Source of the DNA: Saccostrea echinata
Lineage: Eukaryota
DNA length: 64,000 bases
Assembly: GCF_033153115.1 (NCBI RefSeq)
Contig: NW_026889807.1
Coordinates: 1,426,001-1,490,000, forward strand
Direction: 5' to 3'
The notes under the pieces are model-generated. The model saw only the letters and a list, made by a program, of their open reading frames with translations, did not search any database and had not been told where the DNA came from. Position 1 is the stretch's first letter, and each line of letters opens with the position of its first letter. The position numbers and the translations under genes were made by a program. Positions 39,301 to 53,765 of this stretch are shown here, piece by piece.

Positions 39301-42300
39301 AGAATATTTATGTCTCTCATTACTTTCAGAATGCAGTCCATATACTTATGGGTTTGATTGTATACAAAACTGCAGTAAGAGTTGTATTAATAATACCTGT
39401 AATATCGTCTCTGGAGATTGTCTAATTTATGGGGTGGGTGTATTAAGCTATGGATAAATGTAATAAAGATGTCTATCTCTCTTTATGTACTTCATAAAGT
39501 TTTATCAATGAATCACAAAATAACTACTGTGTATTTTACGCACATTTAAGGCCTCAACTCAGAATAATGATGGAAACAAACAGATAGCAGTCATTGGCGG
39601 AATTGCTGGAGCTTTGATTGCCGTTCTTGTAATTTTCATCGTGGTTCTGATATTGAGAAGGTAATCTTCACTTACGTCTTTCACAAAACACTGATTTCAA
39701 GGCATATCGGTATTGAACCTAAGTAATCTACTACTTGACCCTTATTACAACATCATTTTCTTACAATTATCCATCTAATTAATTAGGCACCATGTAAATA
39801 AAGTCACGGAAAAAACGAGAAGGACGAAAAAGACAGTGCAATGTGAGATATTTCTTATATATATATATATTTTTTTTTTTCTTTTAAAGTTAACTTATTT
39901 TTATACCTTATATAAAATCAAGACAATTAATCGATTTCTGTTTTAAGATGAAGAAGGAGATAGTGAGGAAAAGGTTACTGGCATTGATTCAAACAAGTCA
40001 ACATTGTCGAAAAGACAAAGGATTAAAACTTCAGTGAAAACAAAAGATGAACAATATCTGATTAAAAAAGATGATAACGTAGTTGAAGTCGATGAAGATG
40101 AAATAGTTCACTCCGAGAACCCTTATGGTGAAATATACATGAATGATATAACTACCCCGGATATTCCATTGAGCCGGTTAGAAAGTGCCATTACTGAAAG
40201 GGGGAAAGATGATAATGATGGATTCCAAAAAGAGTACGCGGTACGTAAGATTTGAACGTTTAATAAAGTTTTTACATGAGAATCAAATGAAAATCTCAAA
40301 TAAAAAACTTCTTAAAGATTTTTTTTTTTGAATTGAATAATAAACTGTGATATTCCTAAAAGCTGTTATACAATTTTCAACCTGTAAATTTCAATAATGT
40401 TTTTTGGGGGGGAGGGGGGGGCATTTTAAATTTTATTTGAATGTTAGAGGATTTGAAATGTTACTTAATATTTTAGAATCTGTATATAATATGTAAATAA
40501 TTGAGAAGGTCTTTGAATTTATCTAGCTATTTTAAGATCTCACAACGTGTTCAAATAAAGTGAAACATTCTACATTGTTCCCAGATATTTTACAGTGTTG
40601 TTTAGATATGTCAGAACGATTGACAATTTAGTAACTCAAAAAGGAAGCATAAACCACAAAACAAGGCTACAAATTGAATATACCTCTTTCTTTATATGTT
40701 TCAGACATTACCTTACGGTGAAAATTACCAGTGTGATATCGGAAAAAGGAATGAAAATCTTCCTAAAAACAGATTTAAGACTACATTCCCTTGTAAGTCT
40801 ATATGTTAGCTTAATTTATGTTTAATGACAACTGTTGCAGATAACCTGAAATATTAATTCATGTAAGTATCCCTGTATAAATTAAATATACTTACATACT
40901 TATGTTTACTTGGAACAGATGACCATTCTAGAGTTATATTAAAGACTGTACCGGACTACATACACGCTAACTATATAGAAGTAAGATTTTTTTTTATTAT
41001 ATTGCAGTATTCATACATGTATTTTTAAAAGACATTTACATGTACTTAAGTATTTTTAAGTCACCTGGGTCACTCAGTTGATGTATTGCTCAATGTTTTT
41101 GTCTATCGTCTTGCGTCGTTCCTTGAGATTTGAATATTTACAGCTTCTTCTCTAGGAACGCTGAGCAAATTTCAACCAGTGTTGGATTGTGGCATCCAAG
41201 GGAAAACAAAAATTGTGAATTTCATTGTCCCTACCCCCTGGGGGCCTGAAGGAGTGGGGCTAAAACCATCAAAATTAATCTTTTAAAATCTTCTTCTTTA
41301 CTATGGACATCAAGCAGTTGAATTATGAGCATGATTGAATTTAAGCATTGAGCCTTTTACAAAAATTGTGAACTTTATTGCACCTTCGTCAGGGATTAAA
41401 GGATTGGGATGTTTATGGCACTGTTGATCAGATACTGAAAATCCTTACATTCTTTGGAAGTCTTCTTCTCTGCTCCTTTGTATGAAGCTGACAAATTAAA
41501 CTAAGTGCATGGTTATGTTGTGCAATGGTGCACCTTCCCAAATTGTGAAATTTGTGGCCTCAGGGTCATAAGTTCTGGTGAGAGGAGAGGGGCTTTGTTG
41601 ATCATATAGTAAACACGCAGGTACTGTATGTGTACTTAAAAAAGCGGGCTTCATATTTTAGCGGCTTTGGCACAGACAACGATGCTCTAATTCAGGAATA
41701 CCGCGAAGAAATCATTTATAATTACAATACACGGGATGGACATGTATAGCGCTAATTCATGATTACGCCAACAACTCCATACCCAGAGATTGCGCTAAAT
41801 TTTGAATACGCCAATTACGTACAGTATGTTATGGCATCACACAGAACATTATTCGGCAAATTCACAACTGTTTTCAGTAAATTGTAACATTGACAAATGG
41901 GAAAAGGCACGGATAAAACTTTTACTATTATTATCCATTATAGAGAGGATAATGAGTCTGGGGCTAAAAGCAGCACCCCGCTATGTCTTCATATGACGTC
42001 TATAAATAGAAAAATATAAATGAAATGTGAAAAGCTCAACACTACCACGGGGATAAATCATTTCTGTTGAAGAAAATAATAATAGTAAAACATCTCTGGA
42101 CAATACAAAAGTGCTGCTAAAATCCTACTTTCCTGCCTTAGAAATAATTATCCCACTTTTATGCATGAAACTTAACTTTTTTCATATTTTGTACATACGG
42201 TCGAAGAATTTTCATCAATTTATGTTGACCAAAGGATTCTATAAGCACTTTTCAAGTACTATAAACACAAGCTCTCGATATGAACAAAAATTGTGTTACA

Positions 42301-45300
42301 AGATATGCGGCGTAGTGTTGAACTTTTTCATCTTTTTCATCTTTGTTGTTAAAAACGACAGAGAAAAGGCTGATCGGGATTTCAAAACACTACCTGTCTT
42401 CATTATCAGAAATAATGATGAAAATAAATCGACATGCCTGATTCTTCAAGTTTAATTCTTTATATTTACATTTACTTTGTTTTACCCTAATAAAAAGCAT
42501 TATAAAATTACAAGTGATAACAGCACATAACACACAAGACCAAATCACCAAAGTCTGTCTGGCGTATGAATACAAGAACTACTTATTGTTTACAAACGAA
42601 TCGTCTGCTGCTTAAGCATGGTTTTTGGGGACTTTGGTATCCAGTTCGAGGAATTAGACATCCTAAATTTCCTATTTGAGGAAGACAATGAAGACTTGGT
42701 TCCTCAGACTATTGAACTGGATGACCTGAAGACTGAAATTGAAAATGATAACAGTGGAACACTGACTACTGATGTTGAGAGAGCTCACACTCTCCAAGAC
42801 GAAAAAGTAAGTATCATGCACTGAATTCAGCATGATATATTATATAAAAGTAAAAGCAGACAAGAAATGTCATTTTCATTGTTTAATTCTTACTTGAGTT
42901 TGCATTCAGGATCTACCTAAAAAAAGGTTTTAAAAAACAACTGAAGATGTGGAAAAGTTGTTTGAATCCAGACAGGCCCCCAACACTAAAAGAAACGCTT
43001 CATGGGGACTGAATTTTTTTCAAGGTACACAGACCTACACCTAAATACAAATACTCAGTAGTTGATAAGGACATACATATAAAAACAAATGAAACCAGGT
43101 TTTGTTGCATTTTTTTTTATTAAGCAACTAAAACGTGACCCACATGTTATATATATATATATATATATGTCTTTTTCTTGCAGAATGGAATCTGGAAGCT
43201 AATGGAAGTAATCTAGATATGGCCCTTGTTGACCCTCTTACCTTAGCAAACTGTTTGGGGCGTTTTTATTGCGAAGCCAGGCCTCAACCGAAAAAAAATC
43301 CAAGGCTGGTGAGATTCAAAATGAGGAACCAATTTATCAAAAAACAGCTTGATTAACATAAGGGCTGCCATCAATCCCCATCTTGCAGATTTAAAGATAG
43401 AGATTGATATCGTGCATGACAAGAAATTTAAAACTGCTAATGGTATTTTGGATGGGTTATTCAAAGAGAGAACACGGATGGGACTATTCAAACTCACACA
43501 ACATAAAGCAGTTATAGATGAGGGAGACTTAGATAAAATCTACACATGCCTCCAAGGAGCAAAGTCATCTCCAGTCATTCTTCGGAATGCAGTATGGTAC
43601 TTCCTTGCAGTTCATTTCGTTACCAGGGGCATGGAATTCCACCACCAGCTCCAGATTAACAGGTTTCAGCTTCATCATGATGACACTGGAAAATATGTAA
43701 CATTAAGGCACGAAACTGTACAGAAGAATCGTCAAGGTGGCATTTCGTCTGACGATGAGTCACAACACTGATAAAAGAATGTATGCTACAGAGGATCCCA
43801 ACTGTTGCCCAGTAGAGCTATTACAACTTCTCGTCGACAAAACAGACAAAAATGCCACTCACCTGTTTAACCAGTACTTCAGAGATGCCCTCCTGGACGC
43901 CGACAAATGGTTTTCTGCAAAGCCTCTTGCAAAACGCACCTTTGCAAATTTTCTAAGAGAAATCTGCACTGCAGCTGGAGTTCAGAAAAGTACACTCCTC
44001 ATTGTCTTCGAGCGACAGCCATAACTTACCTTAACGACAATGACGCTCGCCATATTATGTTCATGAGCAACCATAAAAATGAGAGTTCTCTCCGTTCATA
44101 TAACAAATCCTTATCTTCAAATCAGAAGAAATCTTTAAGCAGCACACTCTCGAACATGGCATCGGCGTCTCGACCTCAGTACTCCCAATGTGTCCTGAAT
44201 GAAATGCCTGTTGTTCCTAGTCCAGCAAACACAGATGCTACTCGTCCGATACTAAGAGAAATTGATATGGCATCTAAAATTGTTAACATTTCTAACCTGG
44301 ATATAAAGCAAAGAAATTAAGTGCATTGTTATAATGAACAAGGGTGCTTCTTTTAAAGTTGAGGATTTTATGGTTCCTGAGTGAGGGGTCTGGTGTAAGG
44401 GAGGGCTCAAATGAACAAACAGTGAAAATGCATAAATTCTTTTCAGAAAACTTCTCTTTCCTTGTATATTTAGCAGATAGACTGCGTGCATGGTTATGAT
44501 AAGCGAGGGTTCCTCTTCCAAAATTGGTAATTTGTGGCCCGAGTCGGAGATTCTTGTGGGAGCGGCTGTATTGATTTTTTAGTGATTGCAAACAAATCAA
44601 ATGCATAATTATAATGTGTAAGGATGCTTCACCAAAAATTGTGAATATCAAGGTTCCATGGTCAGGAGTTTGGCTGGAGGGCAGGGTTCTATTGATCCTA
44701 AAGTGAAAATGCATTAATAATTGAAAAATCTCTTTTTCTGCTTCTGGGTATTAGGCACACTAATTGCTAAGTTATGATGAGCAAGGGTGCTTCTTCCGAA
44801 ATTTGCATTTCATAGCCCCTGGATTAGGGGTTCTATTGATTATCGGGTGAAAATGCACTGATTAATTGAAAATTGTCGCTGCTCCTGGGTATTTAGAAGA
44901 TTCTAAATATATGGTTATAATGAGCACAGATGCTTTTTCCAAAGTTGTAAAATTTGTGAATTTTTGGCCTCGGTGTCAGAGGTTCTGGTGTTCGGAGGTG
45001 GGGTGAGTAGGGGGTGAGGGTTCTGTTGATCTCAAAGTGAAAATGCATTATTTCTTTGAAAACCCCTAGATAAACAAACAGAGTAAGTGCAATGTGTGCA
45101 GGGGAACCTCTTTCTTCAAAATTGTTCATTTCATGGCTCCTTTGTCAGGGCTTCTGGTGTCATGGTGGGGCTCTATTGATTATAAAATGAAAATGCATTA
45201 TTTCTTCGAAAATCTTGTCTGCTCCTAGTTGTATTATACTAAGGTGGCCGTTTANNNNNNNNNNNNNNNNNNNNNNNNNNNNNNNNNNNNNNNNNNNNNN

Positions 45301-48300
45301 NNNNNNNNNNNNNNNNNNNNNNNNNNNNNNNNNNNNNNNNNNNNNNNNNNNNNNNNNNNNNNNNNNNNNNNNNNNNNNNNNNNNNNNNNNNNNNNNNNNN
45401 NNNNGTGTAAAAAATAAACATAATTGCTTAGAACATTATTCTTGAAGAACGTTTTATTAGTTCTATTTAGATTTATGTTTATCGAAATAAGAATCTAATT
45501 CTATTTATGTTATTCATATTAACATTTTAGGGTGCTGATAGAGAAAATGAATACATCGCTGCACAAGGTTTTATATTACTTATGAATGTGAAAACTTTAA
45601 CTTAATATGCAAGTGTAATAAACATTAAAATAAAAAAAAAATATCTGCTTCCTATAACACTAGGATCGTTGCTATTTATATCAAAAATTATACGTCCACT
45701 TTTTAATGTGCACATTCAATATTTAAAATCTCAAATTCCACTTGATGACTCACTGTGTTTAGTAAATTTGTGTCTAAAAATGATTTCCCTAAACTTCTAT
45801 ATATTTACCTGCAAATGCATGGTAAGTGAATTTCGGCTTTATTATATGTTTTGAAATTTTAGATGTGAAAGATATATTTATATATCGGGGGAGGGGGGAT
45901 CTGCTGATGAAGAACAGCATGGAAATAGTGACTCAAATGAATGTTGTGGGTCGTTGGCCTGTTGTATTATTCTGTTTTTAGGACCAAAACAGAACACTGT
46001 TTGTGATTTTTGGTCAATGGTTTGGCAAGAAAATGTTTCTGTTATTGTAATGCTGACGAATCTCAAGGAAAGAAATAAGGTATATTACGGTGAAAATAAT
46101 TAAGTTTTATTGAAGTTCCAGATGCGGAAAAAGCGAAATAGTCTGCTCTTGATGCATATTGAATTATTAAAAAAACTAATTGTTTTCTGTACTTTCCTTG
46201 GCTGTTGATACTTTGAAGAAAAAAAAATAATGAACGGAATACTGCCGGTATGTGTCTTCGAAAGTTAATAATATCTCTGAAACTGCATCCTAAAACTTGG
46301 TTAAATTTAATTTACTCTGTCAGAATTGCTCCTCACCACTTTTTCCGGAGCATCCATTTAATGTAGAAATCTGGGCTTTAGTCCCTTCTTACGGTTCATA
46401 AGAACAGAATATTACTTTGTCATTTATAATACATTGCCGAAGTTTGTGTACTTCAAGGTGAAGTGCACCCAGTACTGGCCGGAAGGAAACAAGCACATAA
46501 TCTACGGAATTGTGTCAGTAAAAATGATCGAAGAAAAAGAATATGCATTCTACATTGTACGAAAAATGACTGTAATTCATAGGGAGGTGAGTATGTCCTA
46601 CCAAACCAGTACGAACTGTATTTGCTTATCCTATTACTTTTATTTAAATTTGAAAAAGGTTCTAAATATATTGAAAAACTTTTAGTGTACATTTAAAACC
46701 AGACCAATTACTTTAAATTGCTTTATCACATCAACATTATGAGGTGATGTAAATGATTCTTTTTTAAGACAAAGAAGTCACGTGTGGTGACCCAGTTTCA
46801 TTATACTTCTTGGCCTGACCACGGAACCCCAGATCCTCTGTGTCTTGTTGTTTTCCTTTATCACGTGACCCGAACTGGGACCAGTCAGACCGAATCTCCT
46901 ACTGTTGTACATTGCAGGTGCCTTGTGCTTCGGATTTGTTTATTTTTTTTTTTTTTTGTTTCTTTCTTTCTTTTTTTAATGAGTTTTGATCTTTTAAAAT
47001 GAATTTTTATTTTAAAATGTTTCATAAATGTTTGGATATGTATAAAATTTAATGATCCAGGATCTACATAGGGAAATGTGATATTGACTAGATGCATGTA
47101 AATTTACGAAAATATATATGAATAAATGTGTTGCCTGATTTTTCAGTGCAGGAATAGGTAGAACGGGGACGTACATAGCATTAGACGTCCTCAACCAGAT
47201 AGGAAGAAAGACGGGGAAAGTGAACGTAGCAGAATTTGTCAAGAAGATGAGAGAAAACAGGATGAATATGGTCCAAACATATGTGCGTCATCATTTTTGA
47301 AATACTCATAACTGGCCTAAATCAGTTCTCCAAAAAATATTAGTTTTAGAAAATAACAAAGCAAAAAAGAGTTGGTTGATGAAGGAATGCTGAAATAACA
47401 ATCCTTGTTTACAATCATAAAGTAACAGTGTATTTGCACTGACACACTGAATTGACAGTCTATGGCAACCCTTCTAAAATAAGAGTTTTTGTTCAATTTC
47501 AATACAACCGTTCACGGAAACTCCGTCGGTAGAGCGCTCGCTCCGTGATCGGGAGTTCGTGAGTTCGAATCTCGGCTGCGACTGACCTAAATCGGAAAAA
47601 AAAATGGGTAGCAACTGTTCCTTCGCCATGCCCTCGACGCTTTAAATTGAAAATTGCGGGTCCTTCGGATGAGACCTTAAAAACTGATGTCCCGTGTTAC
47701 GACAGGCGTAGGCACGACAAAGATCCCTCACTGCTCAATGGCGATGAGTGCCGTGTAAAGGCCCTTCACCGGTGTATGGTGACGTCTCTATATGAGTGAA
47801 AAATTATCGAATAGGACGTAAAACAAGATACAATCAATCAATCAAATCAATACCGAAAGAACTTTCGGTGTGTAAAACAGTACTTAAATAACTGTTTATC
47901 TCAACCAACTGAAAATCACTGTCTATGTCAAATAACAATACTAATAAAACATGTGACAACCCTGCTAAACGCTAATCTATGTAAAATAACAATGCTGAAA
48001 AAAAAAACAGTCTCAATCAGAGCTCTTTAATAACAGACTTTGTCAACCATGCCATAGCATACACTCAGAAAATAACAATCTAGCTGTTTAAAAAATGAAC
48101 CTTAATAAACAGGTTTTTTCTTTTTCATTTCCATATTTCTATGATAAATTATTTGAAGAAAAAAAAACAGTACGAAAACAGGCAATATTTCTCAGAGATT
48201 TAAGTAAATGTCAATCTTATTATTGCCTTTCATCATGTTATTCATTTGTTGAAAGTTTTTTGAAACTTAATAAATACAATTTTTTGCCATTCAGAAAAGA

Positions 48301-51300
48301 AATTTAACACTGATGATCTTTAATCATCATTTGATACTGGTTTTAAAATTATTTAAAAAAACAAAAGCTTAAAAATTTATTCAGGTGTTATTTTATGCAA
48401 CTGGCTAAGGAATGACATTTAGATCTTTAAAACAAAAGATAATTTGAATAACAAAAAATGCTTAAAAATCTTGTAATGTAAACAAGAAAAAAATTATTCG
48501 TATTTCCTTGTTGATTTAATTTGATATGAACTCAAAGATTAACCTTTTTTCTTCATTTTCCTTTTTTAAATCATATTTTGTTATTAACATGATATATTTT
48601 GTATTCTAACAGAACAAAAATAATATTTCAGGAGCAGTATATAACTATTTTCCTTGCCTTAAACGAAATATACAAATCCCCTGTGAATGTAAAAACAATT
48701 GAAGAGTTCACTGAAAAGGCACAATCCATCACAATGAACAAACCAGCTAATCAGAGCAAACTTCATAAAGAATTCCAGGTACTGAGTAATGGATGAGTTA
48801 AAGAATTACAAATCAGCAACAAAGATGAGTGTCTGTCTGAAAGAATATGTAATGTTTACAAGGAGTTATTGGCTTGGTGAATGCATAGAGAAAAACGTTG
48901 TTGAATATGTGAGTGAGAAAAAAAGAAAAGGGTAGGGAGAGCGACGAAGTGAGAAGTAAGAGTGCCTGCATTCGTGTGTGCATGCATGAGTAATTAATTG
49001 AGTGATCGTACGAGCTAGAAAGTCGGTGAGCCAGGAAGAGTGTAAGTGAATGAGTGCGTGAAGATAAAGAACATTGTTCGATCCTAAGATAATATAACAA
49101 ACAATACAAATCTGAACAGGGCATAGAACATGGACCCCGGACATTAAAGTGGTGGGATCAGGTGCCTAAGATGAGTAAAGATCATCTCTGTATCTGACAT
49201 GACCGCCGTGAGCCCTATGTATTGATAAGGTAGACTGAAAAGTAAATGAGATAGCGAGTGGATAAAAGTAAGTGACTTAGTGAGAGAGCAAGTGATTGAC
49301 AGAGTAAGAAAATTCAGTGAGTATGTGAGTAAATGAGAGAGTGAGTGAGCCAATCAGTGAATGAGTGTGTGATCCAGTGAATGAGTAAGGATGACATACT
49401 TTTGTCCAGGAAGGGAGGGAAGAGAGTATTGAAACAAGTCGTCAGATTCAATACGTATAGGAAGGATTGTGAAATTGACAGTCTTTAAGTCTTGAAGTCA
49501 GTGAAAACACTGATTGAGTATAGAAGCGTCTGAAGACTTTGAAATTTCTGGTGCTTGAAGGAGATAATAATAATGAAAGTAAAAGTTGGGGTATTTTAAT
49601 AAAACTAGATGCAATCAGGACAATCCTGTGTTTACTACTGTAAAATAACTCTAGTTTTTCTTGGATGAATGTCTTTTTAGATAGCGGTTGATATTTTAAG
49701 TGTTTTGATGAATGTATATTATATTGATATAAGCTAAAATTACGGTAACTTGATGCGTCTACTCGCAATCAGGGTATTTTTATTTTTTAAGTCTGATATA
49801 GTTCCTTTTAGTGTTTCTTGACTAAATATATATTTATGCAGCTTTTGATGAAAGTACGACCAACATACACTGACTCTGATTACAAATTAGCTAAAGAAGG
49901 CTGTGATGGTGCACACACGAATGGTATTTTACCTTGTAAGTATTAAGTTGAGGCATTTGAAAGGGAACGACGGGTCTAGAATAACATAATCGTTCACTCA
50001 TTTGATGAATTTTTTTGTTTAATTTCTCTAGATACTGCCATTTGTTTAGACTTAGTTATATATTATAAAACAAAAATTATGTGTAAACTGACTGCTGAAA
50101 GCTTCCTGAATGAAATAATTATATGGTTTACGCTCTTGTTAGATATTTCCCACAAAATCCCTACTTTTTATGGCTACTTCTGTGCACTTGGTTCCAAGTG
50201 TAGACACTATCCTGTCAGAATCAAGAAAAAAAATATGCTTTCGATTTTACTGTGAATCTTGACGTAATGGAAGTGATATTATTTTTATTTATTTATTATT
50301 AGAATTGAGGAAAAATAGAAAAGGATTTAATAAATTCATGCACTCATATATCTTGGAATGGAATTGGATTTTACATTGCCATGTTTGCCTATTTAATTTG
50401 AATTTAATAATTCAATGAATTTTTCAGTTAAGTTTTTCTAGATATAAAATGTATTTGAAATAGAGTTCACCTTTTCTAAGGATTGCATGAAATCATTACT
50501 TCTTTATTGGTTCATAAAATATACACTTTATTTCATTAAATAGTAGATAAATTTATTGTCCATCTCTCATCTGTTGTGTCCAAAAGAGGAAGTTTCATCA
50601 ACGCAATTTATGTACCAGTAAGGACAAATATGTTTTGTAATAATGATGTTCAAAGAAATTTTCCCAAAAAATGAAATCTTACACATATATAACATATATA
50701 ACAATTTCATGAAGATTTCCTTTTACTTTAGATAATGGCCGTGTATTACGGATCATTATTTGTATTTTTAAATAAAAATCATACAGTGTAGAGTTCTTCG
50801 GCTTTCACAGTTTGAAGGTTGAAAACGGGTAATTTACTGTTTTCATTTTTACAATTATAGTCATATACCAACAGTAGAGGGTTCATAGTGACGCAGTATC
50901 CATCAACAGAGGAGGTTGTAGACTTCCTGAGCCTGCTCAATGATCATGAATCTGACACTGTAATTTGTATGGACCCACTGAATGAGATTGATTCAGTATG
51001 TTATTGAAAAATACAAAACGTATATTTTCGCACTGAAAAGTAGAGAAAATAGTGGTATTGTAACATTTGTGCATTTTCTAATGTATCCAAATCTGAATTA
51101 AGATAATACAGAATTGATTAGGGAATTTTAATTTGTTGCATGAATAATTAATTTGAATGATCAAAGTGAACGAACCTGGATTTTTTAATAAATGTTAGTG
51201 ATAATTCAAATTTTGATTATAGAGGTAGTAATTACTGTTGAGCGTTGAGAGCTATGAATTCTTTTGCACGTACACTGTACTTCAATTTTTTTCAAATCTA

Positions 51301-51658
51301 GAGTACAAAATGGTTACCAAGTCCCTCTTCTTCCAAGGTAGTCACTCCTTTTACTGTTCACTATCAATCAAAGACCGGTACTGACGTCATAAGTACTAAT
51401 ATACACGTCATACAGAATAATGTAAGTAATTTTTAATAATGATGATTCATACGTGTATATAATTGTTGAGATGTACATACATCCTTATCGTGTTTAATTC
51501 AGAATACAATATCTGAGTTGCATTTTTTTTAAATCAAGTCGAATGTAACTGCTTCTAGAATACCACATTTTAACATCGGAATTAATTGTTTAAAATTTTT
51601 ATAATTCATTTATAAAACACGATAAAGATGAGATACATGTATGTTTCGTTTAGATGTA

Positions 51659-51697
<39 letters not shown>

Positions 51698-53713
51698 TTA
51701 TTTTATATTTACTAAATTTAGAGTGAGGAGGAAGCTCAGTCAATTACGATAATAGAACCGAAAGTTGCCATCAAAACATCCGGAAACCCTCTAGACACAA
51801 CCCAGCTTAGAGGACTTGTACCTGCTGCTCTGAATTCTGAGAAAGAAAAACCCATTACAGTTGTCAGCAAGTAATTAATCTATAAATAAATAATGTGCTT
51901 AAGAAAACTTTGATTATTTTCTTTATAATTTAATTTCATTGTAACGCATCATTTGATTGGATAAAAAATAGAATAAATTTTATAACCTGGGTTGCCTACG
52001 TCACAATGACTTACGTCAAAAACGTATCAATCCACTTGACGTTACATTTAAAATACGTACAATTTGAGGGCATTTTTGACGGAGAAATTGTCTTATTTTT
52101 TACACTTAATGATGGAAAATTAAATTATCAGGAATTAATTAAATAGCTACCCAAGTTATTCTAGTATAACCTGGGTTGAAACAGTTTACGCTTTTTTATA
52201 AACCGCTTCGAGATTTATAAAGCGTAAACTGCCCCAACCCAGGTTATACCAGTATAAACTATTAAATTTATTCCTTAAGTGGCAGCAAATAATTTGTCAT
52301 CAGCTTGTCTGCAGAATGTAGATTTGAAATCCTGTCCTATTACAGTGTTCGTACATTCTTTGAAGACTCTCAAATGGCAACTGTTTTGCTAAGATTTGTC
52401 TGTGTGTTACAAATTGCATCAGTACCTTTTTTTCAACTATTGACTGAAAACAATTTTAGCATGTTGTTAAAACATCCCATGTCTCAGACCTGGGAACGAT
52501 ATGTTAATAATAATAATCCCAAATAGTGCATATGTTTGTAACCTTAACAAATATATATTTTACTTCTAAAAGTATACCTCACCTTGAGCAATGTTTTTAG
52601 TTGACCTTGATATTTCAAAACGCTCATAAATTGGGGTTTATGGTTTTTCCTTCACGTCACTTTTTTACCAAAGGAGACACTCAACATTTATAAAATGTGT
52701 CTGCCTTTATCAATGCAAAGACAAGATCGGATAAGAATTCTTAAGCATAACTCACTTTCTGAATGTAAAAGGTGGGTCAATGTGAATATAACGAAGCTAA
52801 AGCATATATAAAACAAAATTCGATGAATTTATGATATTTTTTACCGTTATCAGGTTTTATTTAATCAATGAGATCAAACTAATATGATGGATAAACAAAC
52901 GCGGACCAAGAGAGGGTCGATGAGTCTTGATCCTGCCCCCCCCCCCCCCCCCGCATTGGAATTTGTACAGTCACTAAATTTCGATGTAAAGTATTTTTTT
53001 GAAAAAGGACTTTGAACCCCACCAACTCCCATGGAAACTCATAACCTATTCCAAGTGAAATGGCAAGGGGAATGATGTATAAGAAAAAATTGAGAATGAA
53101 TGTGGCAACTTGTCTAACCCCCTTTCAGTATTTTTTTTTTTCAGAATTGAGCAAGTGATTTACCATTTTTGGCGTGTCAAAATATTTCTGAGTTTCATAA
53201 TTATTTGAGTGGGTGTGGACACTCCTTAAAAATACTGGATCCGTCCATGATATGATTATAGTTTAGAGGAGCAAAACGCTTTCTCTCTTCGTTTATATAT
53301 AAATTAAGTTTTTCCTTTCTGTGAAATAGCCTCTATTGTCACAAACACATTTTTTTTGTATTTGCATAAATTTCTTTTTTGCTTACATTTTTCGTCTGTG
53401 ACAACAGAGATGGCGCATCCCTGTCAGGTGTTTTCTGTGCCATCCACAACGTGATACAACAGATTAACATGGATGACAGGGTAGATGTCTTCATTGCCGT
53501 CAGACAGCTTCAAGTTCGAAGACCAGAGTTCTGCCCCAATTTTGTAAGTAGCAGTCGCAACAATAGTATTTGTGGAATATACCTGAATAGCTTTTAAATT
53601 ATGTCCCTTGCAAAATAAAATTTTTAAAAGTCGAATTTGATGTATATGGGGATGCATGCCATGACGCATATTGGGATCAGTTCATTTTGGTTTTGAAAGT
53701 AGTGCTGGATAGG

Positions 53714-53765
<52 letters not shown>

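Noticed and set aside
41616-41630. cgcaggta as a CGCAG-type left TIR of the Crypton
   Set aside because: It can be read as the host satellite (gtgaaaatgca) with mutations, and homology with the 18480-18944 copy ends at 41954 instead.
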